The notes beneath the pieces were generated by a model, which saw only the letters and a program-made list of their open reading frames with translations, was not told where the DNA came from and ran no database searches. A stretch of 64,000 nt of DNA from Carpediemonas membranifera BICM (taxonomy: Eukaryota; Protista; Fornicata), in NCBI GenBank assembly GCA_019828565.1, contig JAHDYR010000069.1, positions 626,799-690,798 of the forward strand, given 5' to 3'. A program made the translations under genes and the position numbers. Within the stretch, counting starts at the first letter, position 1. Each line of letters starts with the position of its first letter. This document shows, piece after piece, positions 1-11,033 of the stretch.

Positions 1-1024
1 GGTCGCATCACGGTCGCTGAGTCGAACCCGAGTCCATGTGCCGGACGCCTTGTCCTTGAGGTAGACCGCCTCGTTGTTGCCAGACTGTACCAGCCGGCTG
101 CACGCAATAGAGGTCGAAAAACTCCTGGCTTTGTGATATGAACGCGGTCAACGGTCCCGTCGGGGTGACCATCACGAGGAGCAAGAAGGTGGGGCGCACG
201 ACAAGGCCGCACACAGGGTATGTATACACCACCTTCAACGGCTGAACGGCAAAGCGGGTCTGGGTCTTCTGAGGTAAGAGCGCCAGTTTCAGCACGAGCA
301 TCGGGATGGTCTGGGCGAGGTCCCCGGTCAGGAACAGTGCCCGCTGCTCCTTGCAGTAGTAAAGGCCGAACGTGCCCCCCGCGAGGAGCTCCCACCCACT
401 CGGATCGGTCGGGGCCGCAGACACTGCTGGTCTCGGGCTCGCGGCATCGCCCGCCGCCACTGCCGAGCTCGCACTGCTGTCCACAGCCTTCTTCGCTTTC
501 TCAATCGCCTTCGCCCCCTCCGTCGCCCCGGCCCCAGCCTTCTCCGGCCCGCGACCCGCCCCCGGCCGGCTGGACCTCGACTTCCCTGACTTCGATGAAT
601 TTGCCCGACTGCGGCGGAGTGACATTGTCGGTCGCATCACGGTCGCTGAGTCGAACCCGAGTCCATGTGCCGGACGCCTTGTCCTTGAGGTAGACCGCCT
701 CGTTGTTGCCAGACTGTACCAGCCGGCTGCACGCAATAGAGGTCGAAAACTCCTGGCTTTGTGATATGAACGCGGTCAACGGTCCCGTCGGGGTGACCAT
801 CACGAGGAGCAAGAAGGTGGGGCGCACGACAAGGCCGCACACAGGGTATGTATACACCACCTTCAACGGCTGAACGGCAAAGCGGGTCTGGGTCTTCTGA
901 GGTAAGAGCGCCAGTTTCAGCACGAGCGTCGGGATGGTCTGGGCGAGGTCCCCGGTCAGGAACAGTGCCCGCTGCTCCTTGCAGTAGTAAAGGCCGAACG
1001 TGCCCCCCGCGAGGAGCTCCCACC
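1..1024. repeat. ~628-bp tandem repeat of the 3' coding part of the RCC1-like gene; runs off the window start
   Basis: 1-~395 is nearly identical to 630-~1024 (one A indel and a substitution). Confidence 0.9.
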
Positions 1025-2384
1025 TACTCCGGTCGGGCGGGAGGGCCACAAACCCGACCACAGGCGACCTATGACCCAGGCCTAGTTCCCCGCTCGTGTT
1101 TAGTCCAGTGATGTAGCGGGTCGACCCGTCGTCACAGAACATCAAGGGTCCATGCGGCTGGAGCGTGCGGGGTGTGAAGCCGGGTGGGCCGGCGAGCTCG
1201 TAGAAGCGGTTGGGGAGGGGCCTCTGGCCGTTGAACGGTTTGGCCAGGCGTTCAATAATTCTGTCTGTTGCGAAAACTAACGGGCCAACCGTAGTGAGAA
1301 TGATCATGATCCTTTCACCGCTTGAGACCATGAGAAAGCACTCGTCCCTACGCCATGGTGCAAACCTGGTTATCTTAGGCCCAATATTGGGGCAGAATTG
1401 TAAATCTATGGGCCTCGGTTTGAGTATGCAGTCGCGACTCCCAACAAACACGCCACGCTGCGGAGTGACAAGTATGCAGCCGCCGGGGGTCACTAACCAT
1501 TTTCTCGGGCGTGGGCAAGCTATGCGCCTGTACCCATCGCACAGTGACATCGAGAGGAAGACCCCATTATCAGAGGCCACAAAGTAGACGCTGAGCGTGC
1601 GGCCGCTGACTTGGATACGGCCATACTGTTCAGCTGCACGGAAGCTCTTGCACATAGTCCAGGTCGGCTCCAGCACCCATTCACTGCACCGAGCCTGGTG
1701 AAAGTCGTGGAGCTTCGTTCCGTGTGTCTTGTGTGAAAACAGTGCAGGCCGGCCGTTCGCTGACATGATGATCAACCAAATCAGGTGCTTGCTGAGGTCA
1801 TGAATGAACGGACCCTTTGGTGGCGGGGGGAGCACCCTGGGCAGAGTGGGCGCCCTCTTCATCTCCTCTGATAATAGCTGGGACGCCTTTTGAAGGTATA
1901 TCTTGCCTGCGGGGCATATGAACCGTATGACTGGGGCAGTAAGGAGTGCGCTGAGTGATGCATGCACAGACAAGCGGGACTTTGGGGTGAAATCGGTCAG
2001 GGTGATGCCAAAGTGGAAGTGGTACGCGGTGTTGATGCATTCGGCAATCTGCTCGTTCTCATACTGCTTGGCCATGACATAGCCGGCTCCCATGATGGTT
2101 TGGAGCTCGGCGTGCATCTCGTTTAGTGTGGACAAGCTCATGTTGCGACGGAGAAAGAGCGCCGGGGATTCAGTTTGGCAGCATGAGTGACACTTGATCG
2201 TTGACATCATGCAGAACGCGGATTCTGTGCTCAGCTCATCCTTTTGCAGCGTTGGTTTCGTGGGTTTGCCGGGTTTGCTGGGAACGTTCGCTGTGGGAGC
2301 AACAGGATCTGTTCGCGCATCATGGACAGCCATTGGAGTGAAAGAAGCAAATCCATCAAGTGCAGCTTCGTTACGGTCTTCCAT
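501..2384 (-). CDS. Hypothetical protein with an RCC1-like repeat motif; its 3' part is tandemly repeated
   Basis: 627-aa ORF containing YITGLNTSGELGLGH (RCC1-type GxNxxGxLGLG) followed by LLAGGTFGLY. Confidence 0.5.
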   Translation of the reverse strand: MEDRNEAALDGFASFTPMAVHDARTDPVAPTANVPSKPGKPTKPTLQKDELSTESAFCMMSTIKCHSCCQTESPALFLRRNMSLSTLNEMHAELQTIMGAGYVMAKQYENEQIAECINTAYHFHFGITLTDFTPKSRLSVHASLSALLTAPVIRFICPAGKIYLQKASQLLSEEMKRAPTLPRVLPPPPKGPFIHDLSKHLIWLIIMSANGRPALFSHKTHGTKLHDFHQARCSEWVLEPTWTMCKSFRAAEQYGRIQVSGRTLSVYFVASDNGVFLSMSLCDGYRRIACPRPRKWLVTPGGCILVTPQRGVFVGSRDCILKPRPIDLQFCPNIGPKITRFAPWRRDECFLMVSSGERIMIILTTVGPLVFATDRIIERLAKPFNGQRPLPNRFYELAGPPGFTPRTLQPHGPLMFCDDGSTRYITGLNTSGELGLGHRSPVVGFVALPPDRSRWELLAGGTFGLYYCKEQRALFLTGDLAQTIPTLVLKLALLPQKTQTRFAVQPLKVVYTYPVCGLVVRPTFLLLVMVTPTGPLTAFISQSQEFSTSIACSRLVQSGNNEAVYLKDKASGTWTRVRLSDRDATDNVTPPQSGKFIEVREVEVQPAGGGSRAGEGWGRGDGGGEGD

Positions 2385-3458
2385 TATGGCTCCAGTCGGC
2401 TCCTTCGTCGTCCCAGTCGTCCCCTTTCCACGTTAGACTGCGGCGACTCTGAAAATACCACACTGCCTCTGGGTCAGGGCAAAGTGATCTTGGAGTACAC
2501 GACAGTGTCAATGTTGGCTTTGCTTCGACCATATCAGTCGTCGCGCGTCCTGGCATGTTGACAAATCGAAACATTCAAAAGTTCAGCGTGAGTTAAATCC
2601 CGATTAATGTGTTTGATGTTCACCAATGTCATGCCAGGCGGCACGTTCTGAGCCTTTAGCCCATAATGCACTTCTTCTGGCTGAGGAACGGCCGAGCCGT
2701 TCTTTGCCCCGCCGGCCATGTCACCCGCAAGCGCAGACAACCCTCGAACTCCACTACACCCTGCGTATTCCGGTAGCGCGCGGTTCTGCCGCGCCCAGAT
2801 CGTCCCAGTCGGACCCGCCCAGATGGGGTCGACCTCAGATGTCGACACCAGACTCACGCGTCCAATCGCGGGACGGTCAGCCATGTTTACTTAGCTCTGT
2901 GCAATGAATACGCGCTGCTGCTGGCTCGGTGCAAGCAGCTCGAAGTGGCAGCGCGTAGAGTCGACACCAGTCGCACTTCTGTTCGCGCCCCTCCCGCGGA
3001 GCTGTCGCCAGTCGCGTACACTGTGCAATACATCTCATTAGTGCGTCTGATGACGCCAGTGAATTGGCTGTAGCGACTCGACTCGACGCGTGGTTGTGCG
3101 TGTGTCTCACCCAGGTCTGCCCCCCGCACCATGCCGACACGCAACCGCCACTGCTCTCGCTGTGCAGCCCACAGACACTGCCCAGTGTGTGCTGAAGGGG
3201 CAGCCAGCGGACCTCGGCTCAGTCCGCCAAGCGGCTGGTCGTGCGGGAGTTGCGAAATGGGGTCGACCCCCAATCTGCGAGCTGGATGCAGCCAGCCGGT
3301 ATCAGACGTGGAGACCAATAGGATCGACCAGGATCAGGTCACACAGCCTTCTATGCAATACATATTCAACATCCAACAATATCAATTGGTATAAGTCCAA
3401 CAGGGCATCGTCCAACACTTTCAGTATCTCGCCATTTACCGCCAAGCCAGTTCAAGCC

Positions 3459-3951
3459 TCACTGGCCCTGGATTGTGCATACAATCCGCCTGGACCCACC
3501 CATATCGCGGTATTCGCAGAGGTAGATGCCTTGCCACGTTCCCATCGCCAGTCTGCCGTCCGTGATCGGGATGGTCAGCTGGTTTCCAGTGAGCGTCGTT
3601 TTGATATGCGCGCTCATGTCGTCCTAAGTAATGGTGCTAGTATTAAGTACATACAGGGCCCTCGTAGGTGTGGGTGAAGTAGGGCGTGTCGTCGTCCACT
3701 GTCGTTTCAAACCAGGCGCGCATATCTGAACGCACAGAAGGATCGGCGTTCTCATTGAGCATATGTAAGTGTGCTGGAAGTAAGTAGACGTACGTAAGGC
3801 CAGCAGATGTGTGCTGGATGAATAAATGACACAATCCCACCTTGAACTTTCGTATTTCGGGAAGCTTCTGAACAATCTCATCAGAAACAAGATGGAAGCC
3901 GCGAGGACGAGACTTCAAGCTAATTGTCTTCTGAAACCATCCAGAAGCCAT
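3459..3951 (-). CDS. yjbQ: YjbQ/UPF0047 family protein (secondary thiamine-phosphate synthase-like), spliced
   Basis: Motifs RGFHLV, QHTSAGLT-LNENADPSVRSD, HTYEGP-DDMSAHIK and GTWQGIYLCEYR. Removing the GT-AG intron 3624-3654 (31 nt, gtatgt...ttag) restores EGPDDM. Probable second intron at 3761-3793. TGA stop at 3459. Confidence 0.9.
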
Positions 3952-4194
3952 GTTCTTCACAAGTTAGCGAATGAACGAAATGACCATAATCTGCGGTGTC
4001 TCGCCAGTGCGCGCTATGACGCCGGCCCGCAGCAGGGTCACATCACCATCTACCACGCCGCACCCGACGCTCGCCCGGCTCGCATTCTCGGTCGGGCAAC
4101 AGAGGCCAACACCCCAAGCAACAAAGGGCGACGCCATTCACATGCTACATAATCTCTATAATGTCAGTCATAACACACACTGCTCACTAAATAC

Positions 4195-4765
4195 TCACAC
4201 GCCGTCCCAGAACTTGGGTTTGAGTCAGATCTTTGGTTGTCTCTATCCACCGGTCGAACGCTTTGCTGAGTACAGCCTCAATTATCTGCCCGCCATCCGT
4301 CATCATCACCGGCATGCGACTGAATGAAGTCCAAGAACATTCGAGAAGCGCTTGCGGCCATGCCCAATTGGGAGGGGGTGATGTTCTCCATCTTTGACTG
4401 CTGCAGCTGCTCTAGAGCCTGGATCGGCACTATCTCGAGCCATATGCGGTCCACAGCCTCATGTTCGGATGAATTGTCCTGACATTCAGACGAAATGTGG
4501 CAGAGGGCTTGCCGTTTGTGATTCCCCCGAGATAGCACCGGTTCTGGTATGGGGGAAGATAAAAATGTATAGCAGCCCCGTATCTTTCGAGGAGAAGGTT
4601 TTCTACCGCTAAGAATATCAAAATGTGTTCTGCATGGCCTATAGCAGGAATATCAAGAGTGAAATGGGTTTCATCGGCAAGCACCAAGGCGGTAGTAACA
4701 ATTTGGTCTTGTACCAAGCATCCAAACGGGTGTTTGCGTGTTGCTGGATTTGTGGGGCTTTACAT
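4195..4765 (-). pseudogene. Hikeshi/OPI10 (DUF775)-like gene, disrupted
   Basis: PFGCLV...YLGGITNGKPSATFRL matches Hikeshi MFGCLV...GFVTNGKPSAIF. Later frames give FLDFIQS, AFDRWIE and PKFW, like the Hikeshi C-terminus. At least three frame changes, and the ATG is followed directly by TAA. Confidence 0.7.
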
Positions 4766-4859
4766 AATCCGCGTACCGCGTATCAGCGTACGCGGGCCCC
4801 AACCGTGCGTACGCATGCGTACGCAGAGGGCGGGCCGGGGGACCACTAATTTCTCATAA

Positions 4860-5446
4860 ATTCCGCCCCCATGACCTAAAACTGCGGAGACGACAACAGT
4901 ACATTTTAAGCCTACAGAGCATGTCTCTTGGCCTCGAACACCCTTTGTGCCGCCCTATCATACAGGAATCTCGGACGGTTCTGCTTCTTGCGCTTCTTGG
5001 GGGCCATGCGCAGTGTTGGGTGAAAAGAAAGGACACAAGCAGACCCGAGGCTCCACACAGGCCGAAGCTCCTGGGATCAACGAGGGGATCCCCCCGCGTA
5101 TCCCGGTAGCTCCAGGCTGGATGTCGAGCACTGAGGACGGCTGAGTGTAACCCACAGTAAACAGAGATAGCCTAAACGAACAGTAAGGAGAGACGCCCCA
5201 CTCCTGGGATCAATGAGGGGTAGGCCCCATGTATCCCGGTAGTAGGGAGTCACTGCCAACTACATAGACAGAGTAAAGAAGGAAAGCATCAGAGGTGGCA
5301 CTCAGAGCCGGGCTAAACAGAGGATCAGTGTCACAGAGAGACAGAGCAAACCCACAGAAGTGGTTGCACCGCCCAACATGAACCTAATGACAATGCAGAG
5401 ACTGGCTATGGGAGCACAGGGGGAGTATATCCCCGCCGCCTTTTTT
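4860..5446 (+). mobile_element. Probable 3' remnant of a non-LTR element carrying two conserved hairpins
   Basis: Hairpins at 5068-5111 and 5201-5244 match a pair in the 3' UTR of the LINE fragment at 32458-32677. The segment ends in a T run. Confidence 0.4.
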
Positions 5447-5469
5447 AACGATACAGGGACTGAGTGAAG

Positions 5470-5730
5470 TGTTGTAAGGAAGAATCAATTGATTAGTCTC
5501 GATTAGTCTCGAGCATTTTAAAGTTAACCCACCTTTCTCTTGTAGCTACGCCACAGTAATTACTGTCATGACTCTTGCTACATGGAAATTGAATCTCCCG
5601 CCGTTCTTGTCATCCCCGTCCGAAGAAGCTTGGCACGAGTTCCGCGACAACTACGTGTCATACGCATCCCGTGAAAAAGACCCGATCGCTGTCTACGATC
5701 TCATCGCAACCCCCATCATCGAGCTACCTA
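5470..5730 (+). mobile_element. Gypsy element A: 5' LTR (~5470-5555) and truncated gag
   Basis: TG...CA segment, then the palindrome ACAGTAATTACTGT, then ATG at 5568 (MTLATWKLNLPPFL...), similar to the gag N-termini of neighbouring elements. Fused to element B by an apparent deletion. Confidence 0.65.
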
Positions 5731-6032
5731 GAGCTAACTTCCATGTAACCTCCAACGGTGTGATACCTAGTGCTGGGAATGCTGCCTTAATTGTGACTGC
5801 TTGATCTGTCACGAGGGAGCGTCCGTCTCCTAGCGTGACCTTGATCTTTTCCTCGAGAGAGGTCTGCACTGCGTCCTTGGGTAGGGTACGTAGTGCCTTC
5901 GAACTAATGAAGCTTCGGCTTGCACCAGTGTCTACAACGAACGAGTAATTTTTGCCTTTTACAGTAGCGGGGGTCGTCAGTGGACCCTTCCCGCCCTTCT
6001 CGTTAGTCGACGCGCTGTCGGCGTTGTTGTTC

Positions 6033-9000
6033 TGTTGGGCAATTTTAGTTATAACCATTTTTGCCCTTGATCGGGTTTCGAATAAACCTCACTTCGTCAT
6101 TAGTTCTCTTTATTTGGCCACAGTAAGCTTACTCACCGCCATGGACTATCAAACGATTTCAGCCCCTTTTCTCAACGACATTCGTTCCGAAACGGCCTTC
6201 TGCAGCTTCAACGACAAGTTCGAGGCCTATTCCGCCCAAGTTCCCGACGACAGAGCACTATCTGTCCGTATGCTCATTTCCAGCCGTGTTTTACGCCTGA
6301 TCCGCCTTCGCATTGACAACTTTGACGACCTTCCAGATGAAAACGTCCTGTCGGCGATCTACTCCGCCTTCTTCGCTCCCAAGAGCACTCAGGCCGTTCT
6401 GTCTAAGCTGGAAGCAACCGCCATGTCCTCCACGACGGCCAGCAACAGCGCTCTGCTCGCCTACCTCGACAGGTTCGACCGCGTCGAGGACCTCTGTTCC
6501 ACTTACCTCCCCGACGAGAAGACACTACGCCGCACTTTCATCCGCGGACTGTCCCCAGATTCACTGCGCCGCCGGGTCAAGGCCTCCGAACCTGAGACGC
6601 TCGCCGACGCCAAGCGTGCCGCCTTCCAAGAGGTCGAGACCTTGGCTGAGGCCAAGCGCACCATCGCCGAGTTCGGTCAGCCCGAGGTCCCGCGCCCTCA
6701 GGCCACACGTCCGCCTCCGAGCTTCCACCCCACTCGTCCTCACGCTACCGCAGCGCCTGCTCCCCACTTCCCATCCAACAAACCAGACAACCATAAGCCT
6801 GCCGGTACCCCTGCCAAGCCGCAGCCTGTCTGCCATGGATGCGGCCTCTCCGGCCACCTTAGGCCTGACTGCCCCAACAAGTCCAAGCCCGGCTTCTTCG
6901 CTACGGGCCGCCGGACGACGCCCATCTCTCTGAAGATGGCAACAAGCGGACCAGTCATGCGCCTCAGCACCAACGTACGAGCCTTCGCGCCCGTCGGCTC
7001 CCCTGATCCCCAGAGCACCGACCGCGTCGACGCCCTGGTCGACACAGGCGCCTCCTCATCCTTCATCAGCCCAGTGCTGGCCAAGTCTCTGGGCCTGGTC
7101 ATGATCCCTGATGAGCTCAAGATAAGCACGGCCAATGGCATCGCCACGTCTGCCCATCGCACGCTCCTTGACATCAAGGTCAACAGGTCTCCCCACTCAG
7201 TCGGAGGTACTATCAGCGCCCACGTCCTCAACACCGGTGAGCCCCTCATCCTTGGGTTCGACGTGATCCAAACGTTCAACCTACTGGCTCCTCCCGCGAC
7301 TGAGCCTCAGGACCTCGGCGAGGTTACACCCCTTGACGAAGATGGCCAGATCGAGCTCGATGAAAACGTCGCAGCCCTCGCTCGCGAGTTCGAAGACATC
7401 TTCGGTCCCATCCCTCGTGAGCCTGCCAAGGTTCAGCCTATGGAGATCGCCGTCACGGACGAAACTCCGACCCACGTTCCCCCTCGCCGGCTCTCCCCGG
7501 CCATGACTGAGGTCATCGATCGAGAGGTCGAGGCCCTCCTTGAGGCTGGCATCATCCACCTATCGGAGTCGGCTTACTCCGCCCCTTGCTTCGTCGTGCC
7601 AAAGACGAACGGTGAACATAGGATGGTCGTAGACTACCGCCTCCTCAACTCAGTCAGCCGCGACTTCCGATTCCCCCTGCAGAACATTAAGTCCATCTTG
7701 TCTCGCCTGAATGGCAGCAAGTACTTCACCACGCTTGACCTGCGCAGTGGCTACCACCAGTTCCCCCTCGACGCAATAGCTGTTCCTAGGACTGCATTTG
7801 CCACGCACAACGGCCTGTACGAGTTCGTTAGAGTCCCCTTCGGTCTCAAGAACGCGCCTTCCTACTTCCAGCGAGGCATGATGCGGATCTTAGCTCCACT
7901 CTTGGGCCGCGGGGTCGAGTGCTACCTTGATGATGTCATCGTACACGCGTCTACGATCGAGGGCCACAACTCCCTTCTGCATCAGGTCTTCGAACTCGTC
8001 CGCGCCCACAACTTACGCCTGAAGCTGAGCAAGTGCGTCTTCCTCCGCACCGAGCTCGAGTTCGTCGGCCACACGGTCTGCTCACAGGGCATCAGCATCT
8101 CCAGCTGGCGCAAGGGAAGCCCTCGGCTCAATGACCGTTCCGTCAAACCCCTCCGAGCTGCGAAGCTTCTGCGGTCTCGCGAACTATTACCGTGACCATG
8201 TCGCAGATTTCGCCCGTATCATGGCTCCCCTGTACGACCTCTGCGGCTCCAAGACCGTTTTCGAGTGGGGTGAGTCCGAACAGACTGCTTGGGACACCGT
8301 CAAGCGCGCTATCGTCCAGGCACCCCTCCTATCTTTCCCAGACTACTCGAAGCCCCTGGTGATCAAGACCGACGCTTCTTCGCTCGGCTGTGGCGCTCTC
8401 CTCGCGCAGCAAGATCCCGTCTCCGGCAAGGGAGGCACCTGTCGCCTTCGTCTCGCGCCGCTTCACGATGACTGAGTCAGCTTGGGCCACGATCGAGCAA
8501 GAAGCATATGGAATCTTCTTCGCCATCACCAAGTTCGATCCGTTCATCCGAGGCCAGTTCTTCGAGGTCCAGACCGATCATAAGAACTTGATCTACATGT
8601 CGCGCAGTGAGACCCCGAAGGTCGTGCGCTGGAGCCTCCGTCTCCAAGAGTATGTCTTCGTGATTCATCACATCCCCGGCCTCGACAACGCGGCCGCAGA
8701 TGTCCTCTCTCGCTGTCTCAAGGCTGTCACTTCCCTGTCTGACCATCATGTGGACATTGAGTCCGTGCATGGTCCCGTCGCCGGCCATATGGGCGCGGTG
8801 ACCACCATGGAGCGCCTCAAGCTCCGCGGCATCGAATGGACCAACATGCTGGATGACATCAAGGGCTTTATTGCCTCATGCCCCATCTGTCAGAAGGTCC
8901 GCGAGACAGCCAAGAAGACGACTTCTACCCTGCGTCCTACGTTCTCCTCTGACCCGTTCGTGGCCGTCTCCATCGACACTATGGGTCCCTTCCCGGAGGA

Positions 9001-10077
9001 TGACTTTGGTAACAAGTTTATCATCGTCACGGTTGACAACTTCTCACGCTTTACAGAGCTAGTCGCTGTCCCTTCAACTTCCTCCGAGTCTGCCTGCCGC
9101 GCATTCATCCAGTTCGCCGGCCACTACGGATTCCCTCAGACCGTCCGCACTGATGGCGGGAGATGCTCCCAGTTCACTGCCAAGCTCTTCAAGGAGATCT
9201 TGGCCTCCCTGCACGTGGCCCACACCGTCACGCTGCCCTACCACCACCGCGCGAACGGCCTAGTCGAGAGGGTCAACCGCGAGGTGAACCGTCATCTCGT
9301 CGCCTTGACCTCTGAACTCAGACTCTCCTCCAAGTGGTCTCTGTACCTGCCCATGGTCCAACGCCTTCTTAACGCTACCACCAACTCTAGCATTGGCATG
9401 TCACCCGCTGCCCTCGTCTTCGGCACCGCCGTCAACCTCGACCGCAGCATCATCGACGTAGTGTCACAGGGAGAGGGAGAGCACCCAGACATCGTCCAAA
9501 TCCAGGAGATCCTCGTTCAAGCAGCCCGCCTTAACCAGGATCAGACCTTCAACCCCGGCCCTTCAACCTCGGACGTCTTTGCCATCGGCGACCAGGTCTT
9601 AGTAACCTACCCGACGCGTCCCGACAGCAAGTTGACCCCCCAAGCTCATGGGCCCCTACACCATAACTTCCCGCTCGAACGACATTTACGAGGTTATCAA
9701 TCCTGCGACTCGTCGCACCCAGACCTATCACGCCACACGCCTCCGCCGCTTCGTCTCCAATGGCCTCCTCACTGACATCGAGCTCGTCGCCATGGACGAG
9801 GACTCCTACCTTGTACAAGAGATCCTGGCCCACCGTGGCGGCCCCAACAAGACCTCCTTCGAGTTTCTCATCCGCTGGGATGGCTATGGTGCCGAGGACG
9901 ACCAATGGCTTCCCTACCTCGAGGTCAGGGACCTCGAGGCTCTCGACTATTATCTCGAGTGTCACCCACTCTTCCAAGAGAGAGAAGTGTTGGGCAATTT
10001 TAGTTATAACCATTTTTGCCCTTGATCGGGTTTCGAATAAACCTCACTTCGTCATTAGTTCTCTTTATTTGGCCACA
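6033..10077 (+). mobile_element. Gypsy element E: full-length chromodomain-bearing LTR retrotransposon
   Basis: Identical 90-bp LTRs at 6033-6122 and 9988-10077 (TG...CA), GTTC TSD on both sides, purine tract AAGAGAGAGAAG before the 3' LTR. Confidence 0.97.
6141..10025 (+). CDS. pol: Gag-Pol of element E (knuckle, protease, RT, RNase H, integrase, chromodomain); frameshifts near 8120, 8432 and 9648
   Basis: CHGCGLSGHLRPDC, LVDTGA, LDLRSGYHQ, YLDD, TDASS, CPIC, SIDTMGP...RTDGG...NGLVERVNRE, YLVQEILAHR...FLIRWDGYG. Confidence 0.93.
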
Positions 10078-11033
10078 GTTCTCGCTGTAGCGGGGGTGCT
10101 TATCGCATCTGAAGTCCATGTGGGGACCGCCACAGAAACGACAGGGGCGCGACGGCTTCTTGGGTCCGTCGGCCAGCGGGCGCTTGGCCGCGTCCGGGCG
10201 GTACTGGGCCTTCCTGGCCTGGGCCGGGGCCTTGGATCCGCCGGCCGGGGTTTGCGAGAGGGGTTGATCATGGTCATACGCCCTAGCAGCCCTAAGAGCC
10301 ACCGCTACGGTGTCCTCGAAGGTCTTGACGTTGTGGAGAGCAAGCAAGGTCTGTGCCTTCTTGCGGAATGCTGTCGGGTTCAGGGACTCCCTGAAGAGCC
10401 GTGCAGCCAGCTTATCAAAGCTTGCGAGCAGTTCGTCGGCATTGGGGTTGTCGTCGATGGGGTCCAAGAACCCTTCTGGGTCTGGCATCTTGGAGTAGAG
10501 CTCGATGCGCTTGCGGAATGCTGCCGCTTGTAGTCTCGTGCCAGCTTCGAAGTTGCGTGCGGTGCTCGGCACCATGGCGAAACGAAGGTCTTGGAGCTCT
10601 TCGACGAGTGCTAAGATGGAGTGGGGAAGGAGCCGCTGGCGACACCATTCGGTGAAGTTCTTGAGAGTGTAGTTCTTGTCGGATGTGTCTATGCCTTCGG
10701 CCTTGAGTTCGAGGGCAAATGACTCCTCAATGAGGACAGACAGTGGGATGCTTGGGTTTTGTATAGTAAAAATCGTTGCTCGGCGCTCAAACTCCTCAAG
10801 AGTCTCTAGTGTTAGATTTGAAGGAGAAAGCTCAGGAATTTGAACAGTTAACGACATCAGCACAGCTAATACTAGTATTGTCGGTTGAAATCATTTACAG
10901 TAAACCGCAGCGCGGTAAAAGTGGTCAAAACTGGAGCAGTTTATAGACCTGTCACGGTAGTTTAGACCATTTTTACCTTTAGACGGTTTACCTATAAACA
11001 GTTCGCTTCACAGTATTAATACTAGTCATTGCG

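Noticed and set aside
2371-3394. Short ORFs between the RCC1-like gene and yjbQ
   Set aside because: No recognisable motif; possibly a decayed or spliced gene, but unsupported.
4760-4765. ATG-TAA at the Hikeshi start as a sign of TAR=Gln genetic code
   Set aside because: The gene has other lesions, and long ORFs elsewhere have no in-frame TAA/TAG and end on them at plausible positions.
8100-9660. Programmed frameshifts in element E pol
   Set aside because: They fall inside RT, RNase H and integrase without slippery heptamers; mutation or sequencing error is more likely.
10000-10077. ORF-track extensions across element borders (also 5952, 28595, 39276, 58460)
   Set aside because: Chimeric read-through into LTRs, TIRs or neighbouring insertions, not real protein ends.
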